Below are positions 27,456 to 36,558 of a stretch of 64,000 bases of DNA, piece by piece. The DNA comes from Nitrospirota bacterium (GTDB taxonomy: Bacteria; Nitrospirota; UBA9217): positions 928,001 to 992,000 of the forward strand of contig CAWBNQ010000003.1 of NCBI GenBank assembly GCA_963790205.1, read 5' to 3'. The position numbers and the translations under genes are program-made. Positions within the stretch are counted from its first letter, which is position 1. Each line of letters begins with the position of its first letter. Below the pieces are notes generated by a model, which saw nothing but the letters and a program-made list of their open reading frames with translations, was not told the DNA's origin and made no database searches.

Positions 27456-27827
27456 TTAAAGCAATAACGTCAGAAATGACAAGCCCGTACCTGAAAGGGC
27501 AGTGTCAATGAAAGCTCCTGATACCGCTTTGGCTACCACGTTGAATGCCGTAGTCGTCGCCTGATGAATCACTTGATCGTTGGTGACTGTTTTGTCGGGA
27601 TGATAAAAACCTCCCCTCGCAAGGGCGCTCAGGATGTCCTGATGATGAATCTCTGCCGGGTTGTAATGGATCAGAAGGCTGCCCGTCGTCGTGTTGAATT
27701 CGGCGGTTCCGATACCATGACCCATATCAACGAGGGCCTTTCGAACCTCATAGTGGACCGGGCTGTTTTTGAACAAGGGATTTTTTATCCGCAGTCTTCC
27801 CGGCACATTATGAACATAGCTTTTCAT
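27456..27827 (-). CDS. HMA_2 (CoBaHMA-type) domain protein
   Basis: YVHNVPGRLRIK, NTTTGSLLIHY; RBS AAGGAGG. Confidence 0.8.
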   Translation of the reverse strand: MKSYVHNVPGRLRIKNPLFKNSPVHYEVRKALVDMGHGIGTAEFNTTTGSLLIHYNPAEIHHQDILSALARGGFYHPDKTVTNDQVIHQATTTAFNVVAKAVSGAFIDTALSGTGLSFLTLLL

Positions 27828-28116
27828 GAGATGAAACCTCCTTCTTGAACGGGATTTTTACATACGATTTACAGTCAGGATATTCCGAGCACCTGAATCG
27901 TAACCCTATTTTTTCATGCATGTAAAGGTGCATCTTGAGGCCGCAGATGGGACAGGTTGGACGATTCCTCAATTCATGCCTCGTAAAGCCGAGAACAAAC
28001 TGTCTTCCGCACAAAACGCATCTGAGGCGCTGCTTTCCAGTTTTCACATGACCGTATTTATAAACTGCTTCAGAAGCGCACACCGGACACTTGAGATTGC
28101 GTATTTTCTCCGTCAT
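27808..28116 (-). CDS. Double zinc-ribbon protein, paralog of 18618-18893
   Basis: MTEKIR after GAGGA; CPVC..GKQRLRCVLC and CPICG..MHLY..FRCSEYPDC. Confidence 0.78.
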   Translation of the reverse strand: MTEKIRNLKCPVCASEAVYKYGHVKTGKQRLRCVLCGRQFVLGFTRHELRNRPTCPICGLKMHLYMHEKIGLRFRCSEYPDCKSYVKIPFKKEVSSHEKLCS

Positions 28117-28158
28117 TATCAAGTTCCTCAATTCTTTCTCAGAATGATAGAGGAGCCA

Positions 28159-28202
28159 CATGACATATATGTTACGGAAATATTACATTTCGGTTAAATG
28201 TT
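28159..28202 (-). promoter_or_regulatory. Pho-box-like 4x11-bp repeat; -10 TATCAT at 28144-28149
   Basis: catgacatata tgttacggaaa tattacatttc ggttaaatgtt. Confidence 0.75.
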
Positions 28203-28322
28203 TTCAGGTTTCTGAGCAGGTCTTTATGAAGTCAATATCAATGGGTATCCTATTTTTCAAGAGCATTGGGTCGATGATGCGGGTGCGAAGACATTGAAAA
28301 GAATGAGAAACCGTGAATTGTA

Positions 28323-29585
28323 TCACATTTTTGACCTGCTCTGGATCAAGTAGGCATAATAGGTAGCGGCGTACGTCGGGGTGCGTTCGAGCGTTTCGAA
28401 GTCCACACGGTAGAGCCCGAACCGGGCGTCCAGCCCCTGGAGCCATTCGTAGTTGTCGATCAAGGTCCAGTAGAAATATCCCCTCACATCGAGCCCGTCA
28501 CGGATGCATTTCTCGACGATATCCACGTGCTTCTTCATGTATTTCACTTTTTCCTCGGTATCATGCGTGGCAATCCCGTTCTCGGTTATCATGAGGGGGA
28601 GGTTGAGCCGTGACGCGTACCGGACGACCTTTTCCAGTCCGCGCGGATGGATCTCCCATCCCATTTTGGTCAGACCGTGACCGTCCACGTCCGCGTACCG
28701 GATCTCGACGCCCATTTTCTTGAACGGATTGAACCGGAGGTGGATGCGCGTATAGTAATTGATGCCGAAAAAGTCGAGTTTGTTCTTGATGGGCACCTCG
28801 ATCTCCACGGGCTTCGAGAAGGGGAACTTGACGATGAAGACCCCGGTCTGGAAAGCATTAATGATCGAATGATTATAAAAGTAGTTTGCCGTCTTTTTCA
28901 GGAGGCGGTCCAGGGGGTTCCATCTTTTCCACGGCGCAAAAGCGGACATGTTATGCGCGAGGCTCACCTGGGCGTCGGGAACATAGCGATGGATGATGTC
29001 GTATGCTTTCCCGTGGCAGGTGAAGATGTTTTTGAGGGCCATGAGCGAGCGGGGGACGTCCCTGAGGCCGGGAGGCGTGCAGCCTTCCAGATATCCGCCG
29101 AGCAGGATGACGTAGGGCTCGTTGAACGTGAGCCAGTAGCGTACCCCTTTGAGGGAGAAGACCAGCATCTCCGCAAAGCGGAGAAATTTTTCGATCGACG
29201 CTGTCCGGTGCCAGGGAGAACGCTCCATGAACCAGCGGGGATGGGTGAAGTGGTGGAGGGTGAGCATCGGCTCTATATGGTAGCTCCGCAGGATGTCGAT
29301 GATCTCCTGGTAATGCGCAATGGCCTCGTGGTCCCAGGTGTCTTCCTGCGGCTGGATCCTGCTCCACTCGATGGAAAAACGGTAGGAGTTGACCCCCAGC
29401 TCCTTCAGGAGCTTGAGGTCCTCGCGGAACAGGCGGTAGTGGTCCGTTATCTCCGGCTTATTGCCTATCAACGGGTCCCAGGTCGCCCAGTCCGCATGAA
29501 GAGAGCCTTCGAGTTGAAAGGCAGATGTTGCTACGCCCCACTGAAAATCTTCGGGAAAGACCTTTTTCTTATTCCGCTCCTTCAT
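28323..29585 (-). CDS. Glycoside hydrolase family 1 (beta-glucosidase-like)
   Basis: WGVATSAFQLEG, RFSIEWSRI, TFNEP, INYY, ITENG, DNYEW. Confidence 0.93.
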   Translation of the reverse strand: MKERNKKKVFPEDFQWGVATSAFQLEGSLHADWATWDPLIGNKPEITDHYRLFREDLKLLKELGVNSYRFSIEWSRIQPQEDTWDHEAIAHYQEIIDILRSYHIEPMLTLHHFTHPRWFMERSPWHRTASIEKFLRFAEMLVFSLKGVRYWLTFNEPYVILLGGYLEGCTPPGLRDVPRSLMALKNIFTCHGKAYDIIHRYVPDAQVSLAHNMSAFAPWKRWNPLDRLLKKTANYFYNHSIINAFQTGVFIVKFPFSKPVEIEVPIKNKLDFFGINYYTRIHLRFNPFKKMGVEIRYADVDGHGLTKMGWEIHPRGLEKVVRYASRLNLPLMITENGIATHDTEEKVKYMKKHVDIVEKCIRDGLDVRGYFYWTLIDNYEWLQGLDARFGLYRVDFETLERTPTYAATYYAYLIQSRSKM

Positions 29586-29608
29586 GAAGTCTCTCTGTTC
29601 TCCCGTTC

Positions 29609-29713
29609 CTATTTCCAGTGTATTACCATGAAAAGAAGCCCCGCCATCAAAACCACGAGCAGGAGTATCTCTTCGCTTTTTTTTAAGTTGTTCTTATTCA
29701 TGCTGTTATCCAT
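29609..29713 (-). CDS. 34-aa single-pass membrane protein
   Basis: MDNSMNKNNLKKSEEILLLVVLMAGLLFMVIHWK*; overlaps psiE stop; RBS GAGG. Confidence 0.5.
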   Translation of the reverse strand: MDNSMNKNNLKKSEEILLLVVLMAGLLFMVIHWK

Positions 29714-30131
29714 GTTTTGCCTCTTCCGTCTCTAAGAATTTTTCCGGTGAAAATACGACCGCGAGCGTCCTGAGCACTCCGATCACGAGAATCAGCGTTG
29801 CAAGCGCGATGATCATTTTCGCCTCCAGGCTGTGCTGGTAGAGCCCGATCATGATCTCGCGGAGTACAAAGACCAAGGCGGCATCGGTAATGAACGTTAT
29901 TTTAAGCCGGTGCACGGTAAAGTACTCTATGACGCTCCGAAGCAGTTCTATGACGATGAACATCGAAAGGATGTTGGTCACCATCATGTCGAAGGCCGCC
30001 GCGATGGTCTGGCTCCCGAAAACAGCGCGCAGGTCAAGCAGGACCCGCGCGATCCCCATCATCAGGGCGATGATCACGATCGGGATCATGAACTTGATCA
30101 TGCTGTCGACGATCCGGGTAAAGTATTTCAT
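29706..30131 (-). CDS. psiE: Phosphate-starvation-inducible PsiE-family protein
   Basis: 4 TMs; IL..FI.IELLRS..EY, D.AL..VLRE. Confidence 0.8.
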   Translation of the reverse strand: MKYFTRIVDSMIKFMIPIVIIALMMGIARVLLDLRAVFGSQTIAAAFDMMVTNILSMFIVIELLRSVIEYFTVHRLKITFITDAALVFVLREIMIGLYQHSLEAKMIIALATLILVIGVLRTLAVVFSPEKFLETEEAKHG

Positions 30132-30202
30132 GTCCTTTTGCCCTTCGTAATCGTGAAAAGACGTTGCGCAATTCCTTCGCTTACCCTGTGTGAGTCATAT
30201 AC

Positions 30203-30257
30203 TGTCACGGTTTTATTACGCGCATGTTACAATTGAGTTAAAATTTCATGACATGCG
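30203..30257 (-). promoter_or_regulatory. Pho-box-like 5x11-bp repeat upstream of psiE
   Basis: tgtcacggttt tattacgcgca tgttacaattg agttaaaattt catgacatgcg; -10 less clear. Confidence 0.75.
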
Positions 30258-30347
30258 GCCTTTTCATTTGCATTGCGACATCTTTATGTTATTGTATGCG
30301 CATACAGTGACCTGCACTTTAAGACTGCATATTGCGGGAGACAAACA

Positions 30348-31061
30348 ATGAAGATGGCGATATTCGGGGATATTCATGGAAACATTGAGGCCCTCAAGGC
30401 TGCGTACAGTGAGGCGCTTCGCGTCAAGGCGGATAAGATTTATCACTTGGGGGACGTGGGCGGGTATGCCCCGTTCGTGAACGAGGTCGTTGATTTTCTT
30501 GTTGAGCACGGCATCGAGGGCGTTCAGGGAAATTACGACGAAGCAGTGGCGAAGGACCGCGAACACTGCGGGTGCAAATATGAAGACCCGGTGCAGGCAG
30601 AGATGGCGCAGCTGTCCTTCGAGTGGACAAAAAAGAACGCATCGGTGAAAAGTAAAGAATACATGAAAAAACTGCCTTCTGAGATTTCACTCACCTGCAG
30701 CGGGAAAAAAGTTAAGCTCTTTCACGCAACGCCGAATAAGAACAATCTCTACTGGTATGAGGAACGGCCGGAGAAGTTTTTCAAAGAGATGACGGAAAAA
30801 ACCGACGCCGATGTTTTGATCTACGGGCACACTCATAAGCCTTATCGAAAGGACATCGACGGGAAGGTATTCATCAATGCCGGCAGCGTGGGCAAGCCGA
30901 AAGACGGCGATCCGAGGGCGTGCCTCGCCGTTGTGGAAGTAACATTCGGGTCAGTAACCACGGACTTTATCCGCGTGCAGTACGACGTGGAAAGAACAGC
31001 CGCCGCGATCATCGAAAGCGGTCTGCCGCCTTATTTTGCGGAGCAGTTGAAAAAGGCCTGA
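30348..31061 (+). CDS. Calcineurin-like metallophosphoesterase (YfcE/MJ0936-like)
   Basis: GDIHGN, LGD, GNYD, FH, GHTH, NAGSVG. Confidence 0.9.
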   Translation: MKMAIFGDIHGNIEALKAAYSEALRVKADKIYHLGDVGGYAPFVNEVVDFLVEHGIEGVQGNYDEAVAKDREHCGCKYEDPVQAEMAQLSFEWTKKNASVKSKEYMKKLPSEISLTCSGKKVKLFHATPNKNNLYWYEERPEKFFKEMTEKTDADVLIYGHTHKPYRKDIDGKVFINAGSVGKPKDGDPRACLAVVEVTFGSVTTDFIRVQYDVERTAAAIIESGLPPYFAEQLKKA

Positions 31062-31174
31062 AAAAGGCCTGACCAAAAAGAGACGTTCAGTGTCAAATTG
31101 TCCGTGTCATCGCCCTGGAGATCAATAGAATGCGGAGTGCGGAGTTGAATTCAGAAGAAAGAATTAAGAACTCA

Positions 31175-31246
31175 GACCTGGAGGCTGCGCTGGAGCAGTT
31201 CAGGGAGTTTGTTACTGATGTAGGCAGCGGGAAAAATAACGGATAG
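31175..31246 (+). pseudogene. Possible relic of a type I R-M methyltransferase (HsdM) C-terminus
   Basis: DLEAALEQFREFVTDVG...* resembles the HsdM tail from memory; no upstream ORF. Confidence 0.35.
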
Positions 31247-31448
31247 GGAGAGTAAATGTTGTGTCTCGATTAAAAATGGCACAGCGTGATGACGGATGCG
31301 AAGGGCGGGAAGATAAAAGCGATTGCGACCATGAAAGGGCGAAGGACAGGACCATGCAAATAAACCGGAGTTCCTTCTTAAGCATCTTAGGGCCGGGGTT
31401 CAGGCCCCTTCTCGCTTGACGACCTTTTTCATAGGTGACCCATAAGGT

Positions 31449-31480
31449 AAAAAAAGGGCCCCGGCTGGGGGCCCTTTTTG
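31449..31480. terminator. Bidirectional intrinsic terminator
   Basis: aaaaaaagggcccc-ggctg-ggggcccttttt. Confidence 0.85.
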
Positions 31481-31495
31481 TGATTGACGGCTCGG

Positions 31496-32710
31496 CTACG
31501 GCGTAAGGGTAAAGTTTTGCGTCACATCTCCCGCTGAAAGGTCCACATTGACGGATTGGGTCTGGTAACCGCTTGCCGAAGCCTCGGCCGCGTACAGACC
31601 GGCAACGTCGGGCTGCGGCGTCAGAGGGATCGGGAGCGTGCCCGTGCCGTAACTGCCGAGCAGCGGTGCGCCGATGGGGAGCGCGAGCGAGTAGGCGCCG
31701 GTCAGCAGGTCAGCCCCCATGGACTTCACGGTGATCGTCGGGCCCGCGGTAAAGGTCTGCTTCGTTGCGAGGTAAGCGACCGTGCTCGTGCTGGCTGTAT
31801 TCGTATTCAGGGTGATGATACCGCTGAGGGTTTGCATGGTCGAGGTCGGCAGACTGATCGGCAAGACGCTGGTGCTCGTGATCGTCGCGCCGGTTGTCCC
31901 GGTGGCGCTCGAGACCGGCACGCCGCTGATCACGGCCGTGACATGATTGTCAGCAGTGATGACAACGTCGTAGGCCCCCGCAGTGAGGTTGGAGAGGAAA
32001 AACTCACCTGTCTGCGGATCGGGCATTGTCGAACGGACTTCCGTGCCGCTGACCTGGGCGGAGACCATCACGTTATCGGCAAGCAGCGAAGGATCGATAA
32101 ACCCGTCGATGCCGGTGAGCAGGTTCGGAAGGACCGTGATAACAGGCTTCAGCGCGTAGCTGCCGTTGCCCCGTCTGACGACCGACTTCAACGCGTTGAA
32201 ATCCAGCACGAGGTCGACGTGCTGCCCGGGGGCCACGTCGAATTCGTGGATCAATTTGATCCCGCTTTGCACCCCGCTCGGCGTAGAGAGCGGGATCTCG
32301 GCCGTTGTGCCGGAGAGGACGACCGAGTTGGCAGGGGTCGTCCCGGTGTTCGCTGAGAGCACGAGGCGCAGCTGGGTATAATGGCCCGCCGGAAGCGATG
32401 TCTGTCCCAGCGTGTCGAGCACTCCGTTGGTCAAATTGAGCAGGTTGATCTTCTGCGGGAGGGTGAGCGTTATATCCGACCAGCCTGAAGCGTTTCCCGA
32501 AGCCGTCGAACTCTGGTGCACCCTGACTTTGCTCACCGTCACATTGACCGCGTCAAAACCTGCGGCGGGCGCATCGGTAAGTGAAACAGCCAGGGTCCCG
32601 GATTGGGAGGTGCTGGGGCTGCTTGAACTGCTGGAGTTGCCGCATCCGGACACAAGAACAGTCAGGAGTGTCGCACAGGACAAGGCCAAAAAGCTTCTGT
32701 ATTTGTTCAT
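31496..32710 (-). CDS. DUF4382-domain lipoprotein
   Basis: Lipobox VSGC; SLTDAP, INLLNLTNG, G.Y.QLRL, SGIKL, LDF, LKPVI. Confidence 0.85.
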   Translation of the reverse strand: MNKYRSFLALSCATLLTVLVSGCGNSSSSSSPSTSQSGTLAVSLTDAPAAGFDAVNVTVSKVRVHQSSTASGNASGWSDITLTLPQKINLLNLTNGVLDTLGQTSLPAGHYTQLRLVLSANTGTTPANSVVLSGTTAEIPLSTPSGVQSGIKLIHEFDVAPGQHVDLVLDFNALKSVVRRGNGSYALKPVITVLPNLLTGIDGFIDPSLLADNVMVSAQVSGTEVRSTMPDPQTGEFFLSNLTAGAYDVVITADNHVTAVISGVPVSSATGTTGATITSTSVLPISLPTSTMQTLSGIITLNTNTASTSTVAYLATKQTFTAGPTITVKSMGADLLTGAYSLALPIGAPLLGSYGTGTLPIPLTPQPDVAGLYAAEASASGYQTQSVNVDLSAGDVTQNFTLTP

Positions 32711-33254
32711 TTGAGTCTCCTCCTCGCGATAGAAAGTATTGTATTGAGGATAAGTATAGCACCTGAGTCTCTCCGGAGGCAGACGGAAAACGGAGGCCTT
32801 ATTTGTTGCGGTGTCATTAATTACGAAAGTATAACTAAAGACTGAGGGAAAATATGTGAATCAGGTTGCAGAATATAAGGGCAGTCATCAGTCGGCAGAG
32901 TAGAGAGTTCAGAAGGCCCTCTTGGCGAACAAAAGCGCCTCTCGCGGAGTACGGGGAGAACACCAGATGAAAATCCCTTCCGAAAATTTCAGGGAGGCGG
33001 GAAAGAGAACATCTGAGGTCAGATCCTTTTGTTTTGACATTCTCCCTTATTCCATGATTGCATCGCTGCATGACCCGCCCCCTTGTGGCTTGTCCGGGTC
33101 GAGTAGCGTTACGTTTGTCCCGTTCTCCTCAACTTCCACTCTGCTGATAGAACATCTCAGATCTACTTTCTTGTCATTGAAGTCCTTTGGGGACAGGCTA
33201 TGATGTTTGCGTTTGCACTCGTGCACTGAATTTCTTCCCATCTTTTCGCAATTG

Positions 33255-33283
33255 TTGACAAAGCTCAGCTTATAAAGTAGCAT
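33255..33283 (+). promoter_or_regulatory. Sigma70 promoter
   Basis: TTGACA-N17-TAGCAT. Confidence 0.55.
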
Positions 33284-33356
33284 GCTCCAGGCATATAGGC
33301 AGATCGGATTTTGAATGGGTTAAGAAGGGCAACACGATGGATACGGGATATGGCAT

Positions 33357-33554
33357 ATGGCATCATTACTCTGGGGTCTTTTGTTCGGCTCGATCGGCAT
33401 GGGCTACTTTGTATACGGTAAGAAACTAGGACGAGGCGTTCCGCTGATATCCGGCATTGCGCTGATGGCTTTCCCTTACTTTGTCACGAGCTCGGTTTTA
33501 ATCGTCCTGATCGGGCTTGTGCTGATGGCCGTGCCCTATTTTATCAGATACTGA
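33357..33554 (+). CDS. Small membrane protein
   Basis: GLLFGSIGMGYFVYGKK...G.ALM.FPYFV. Confidence 0.75.
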   Translation: MASLLWGLLFGSIGMGYFVYGKKLGRGVPLISGIALMAFPYFVTSSVLIVLIGLVLMAVPYFIRY

Positions 33555-33614
33555 GCCACGCTCCGCGCCCAAGCGGGAACCGGGGGCCTTCCTGCGCTGC
33601 TTTTCCTGAAAGAA

Positions 33615-33893
33615 ATGGACGATCCTGAGATTGACGAAGTGTCGGGCGTGGTCAGATGCGAACGGTGCGGATCCCGGCTCGAAGGCGAGATCGAATGCCC
33701 TTTTTGCTCCCTTTTCCAGAAACCCGTGAGAAAGGATGCCTTGCCGAAATGGGTCTACCTGACGGCATGCTTTCTTACTTCTCCGTTCAGCATTTATTTC
33801 ATTTTTAAAGACAAGCGTTTAAATATTTTTGAAAGAATCGCAGCTGTATCCGGCTGCTGTTTGTGGTTTGTTTTTTGCCTGTGGCGGCTTTAG
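33615..33893 (+). CDS. Zinc-ribbon membrane protein
   Basis: CERC..CPFC plus two hydrophobic segments. Confidence 0.6.
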   Translation: MDDPEIDEVSGVVRCERCGSRLEGEIECPFCSLFQKPVRKDALPKWVYLTACFLTSPFSIYFIFKDKRLNIFERIAAVSGCCLWFVFCLWRL

Positions 33894-34041
33894 GTGCATT
33901 TGGCAGTTCAAATTCTCTCCAGGAACATCTGAGGGGACATCGCAGCGGACCCATCACCGCTATTGGTCCGTTCTTTTTGAAAGTGACATCCTGTCTCTCT
34001 TGATTCATTGCCGACCGATCAGGAAAGAGCTCTTTGCATTC

Positions 34042-35004
34042 ATGAAGATAAATAAGCATGCGCAGCCTGTGGCCATACTGCTCGTGGTGGCCATGGTAGC
34101 CGTTGCGGGCTATGCCCGCGAAAAGGACATAATCTTTCCGGAGATTGCCGCCCTTGTCTTCGGATCATGGGTCATGAAAGAATCTCCCTGGCAAGGCAAG
34201 AACCGCCACCTCTGGCTGTCTCCTTCCCTTGCCGCCTTGACCGGGGTCATTATCCTGCGATTGACTCCGGCTGCACCCTCTGTCGCGATTGCGGCCGCTT
34301 TTATTGCGGTTGCCGTGCAAATGAAGTTGATGCGTTCGGCAGTGCTGCCGTCGCTTTCCGCCGCGATCCTTCCGGTCCTTCTTCATTGTGACAGCTGGTA
34401 CTATCCTCTGTATGTATCCGTTTTGACGGGAATCATCGCGCTCGGGCGTCATACGTTGGATCATTTCAGCGGGGAGACAAGCGCCCTCGACTTCGCAACT
34501 CCTGAAAATGGGAGCAGTGCTTCGCAAAAACCTTTCGATGAGTTGCTTCACTGGGGAAAGCTTTTGGCGGTTGTGTTGATCGTTACCGCCCTGGCGATCA
34601 CGTATCACTGGATGTTCGCAATTGCTCCGCCCTTGATCGTCACCTTCGTGGAGTTGTCGAAACCGAGCGGGACCTTGCGCCGAAAATCAGGACGGATCTT
34701 TGTGCTGCTCGTTCTCGCCGCTTTTTCCGGCGTGTTTTGGCTTTATGCAGGCACGCATGTTCTGCAATGGCCGGTATGGGTTTCCGCCGCGCTGTCCATG
34801 GTATCCGTTTACCTTTTTTTTCATACCTTGCGGCTGTCCTTCCCGCCCGCCGCTGCCATTGCGCTCCTGCCGACGATCATACCGGCCAAAAGTTTGTGGT
34901 CCTATCCCTGGCACGTCGCAATCGGAAGCGCGATCTTCATCCTCGTGAGCTTGTTCTGGTTCAAACAGCCGGAGCCCCTCAGTATTACCGCGGAAATTGA
35001 TTAG
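34042..35004 (+). CDS. HPP-family-like membrane protein (two repeats)
   Basis: FPEIAAL, PSLSAAILP, APPLIV, FPPAAAIALLP. Confidence 0.65.
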   Translation: MKINKHAQPVAILLVVAMVAVAGYAREKDIIFPEIAALVFGSWVMKESPWQGKNRHLWLSPSLAALTGVIILRLTPAAPSVAIAAAFIAVAVQMKLMRSAVLPSLSAAILPVLLHCDSWYYPLYVSVLTGIIALGRHTLDHFSGETSALDFATPENGSSASQKPFDELLHWGKLLAVVLIVTALAITYHWMFAIAPPLIVTFVELSKPSGTLRRKSGRIFVLLVLAAFSGVFWLYAGTHVLQWPVWVSAALSMVSVYLFFHTLRLSFPPAAAIALLPTIIPAKSLWSYPWHVAIGSAIFILVSLFWFKQPEPLSITAEID

Positions 35005-35347
35005 ACGCAGGGCATTGTGACTGTTCCTTCCTCGGTTCATGAAAGCGGGCAGAGCAATAGATCGAAGGAAAAAACGACTTTCTTCTTTTTCAAACTCCAG
35101 GATCGTAAAAAACTTCCCTCCCGCGCGGCGGAAGAGGCGGCTCAAGGGGCATGGTCCGGAAGAATTAATTCCAGGCGAGATGGCGTAATTTACCCTGCGG
35201 AAGAAAGGGGCTTGCGCTGAACCATTAAAATTGGTTTAAACCAATAAAATACCCTAAAAATACCCCTCCCGGGCGATATGCAGAGCTGTGAAAATGGTAT
35301 ATCGTAGTCCACAGTAATTCCTGCTCCCTATATAAGGAGGAAGAACA

Positions 35348-36244
35348 ATGAACAAGACACCGGGAAGGACCATTTATCTTTTTCTCTTCGGAATTGTGCT
35401 GTCTGTTCTCCTGCCCACGAGCTCCGGAGCTGCACAGCTACAGTTCAGGATCGCTTTTACGCAGGACCAGAAGAACGTTGAGAAGAAGTTAAACCCCCTG
35501 ATGGATTATCTGGCAAAGAAAGGGGTCGTTCCCTCCTATGAAGAGGCAAAGGACTATCCCGCTGCAGCCACCCTGTTTGCGAGCGGCGCGGTGGATGCGA
35601 TGTTCTGCGGATCGGGCGTGGCAGGCGCTTTCATGATCAGCGAACTGGCTGTGCCGCTGGTCCGTTCCGTGAATACGGACGGGCACAGCACCTACTGGGC
35701 GGTGATCCTCGCCCCAAAGGGTTCGCCGCTCTTCGCCGGCTCCGCCGAATATTTCAAGGGCAAGAAGGTGACCTTCACCGGCCTTGACTCGGCAGGCGAT
35801 TTTTATTTCGATTCCTTGCCCGGCGCGGCGCAGGCTGATGCAATACGGCTCAAGGCCGATTCCTACGGCGACGCCATCGAAGCGCTCGATAAAGGCCAGG
35901 CCGACATCGCTATCGTGAAAAACAGGGTATGGGACAGCGTGCAGCACCGGTATCCTAATCTCGCGATGGTAGGGGAGGACAAGGGGGAGAACCCCGACAA
36001 CACCTTGATCGTATCCGTAAACATGCCGATCTCCTTGAGAGCAAAGATCGCCGCCGACCTGGTCGCAATGCAGAACGATCCCTCGCCTGAAGCGCAGGCG
36101 GCCAGAAACAGCATGAAAATATCCGGGTTCATCAGAACGTCGGAGAAGGATTTCGAGCATACGCTGGCCCTGTTGAAGAGCGCCGGCGTAACCAAGTCGT
36201 TCCTCTTTGCCCGGAAACCCGTGAGCGTGTCTGCGCTGAAGTGA
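35348..36244 (+). CDS. PhnD-like phosphate/phosphonate-binding periplasmic protein
   Basis: Signal peptide; DY.A....F.SG.VD, STYWAVI, GK.V.F....SAG, G.AD.A. Confidence 0.75.
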   Translation: MNKTPGRTIYLFLFGIVLSVLLPTSSGAAQLQFRIAFTQDQKNVEKKLNPLMDYLAKKGVVPSYEEAKDYPAAATLFASGAVDAMFCGSGVAGAFMISELAVPLVRSVNTDGHSTYWAVILAPKGSPLFAGSAEYFKGKKVTFTGLDSAGDFYFDSLPGAAQADAIRLKADSYGDAIEALDKGQADIAIVKNRVWDSVQHRYPNLAMVGEDKGENPDNTLIVSVNMPISLRAKIAADLVAMQNDPSPEAQAARNSMKISGFIRTSEKDFEHTLALLKSAGVTKSFLFARKPVSVSALK

Positions 36245-36414
36245 TCTGTTTTTTTGAAACGTTCTCAGCATGCGTTGTTGCTGCTCTCCTTTGAACGGTC
36301 CACAAGATGGCTTTTCCCCCGAAGCCCTGCCGGATGCTTTCACAGCATCCGGCAATTTTTTTACTCTTGTATCAGCGCCGTTTTGATTCGGTTGATCATT
36401 CACCTATCCCTATT

Positions 36415-36460
36415 TGGAAAATTCTGCATTCCGAATTCCACATTCCGCATTTGGAACGCA
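36415..36460. repeat. Heptamer repeat (ATTCCGC-like)
   Basis: attctgc attccga attccac attccgc att. Confidence 0.75.
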
Positions 36461-36558
36461 TCAGCAAGAAGGTCTGTAAAAAAAAACTTTTTTATGGTAT
36501 ATTTCCTCTGTCTTGACCAGTCCTGCTCCAGACAGAAGGCCGTCAGCGAGGTGAGACT

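Noticed and set aside
18618..28116. IS1 elements or composite transposon
   Set aside because: No DDE transposase, no terminal inverted repeats, and the copies are highly diverged.
32808..32840. Eighth Pho-type box before the DUF4382 lipoprotein
   Set aside because: Only two poor units (aattac, tataac).
32909..33040. 43-aa - strand ORF with RBS (MSKQKDL...)
   Set aside because: No supporting motif or context.
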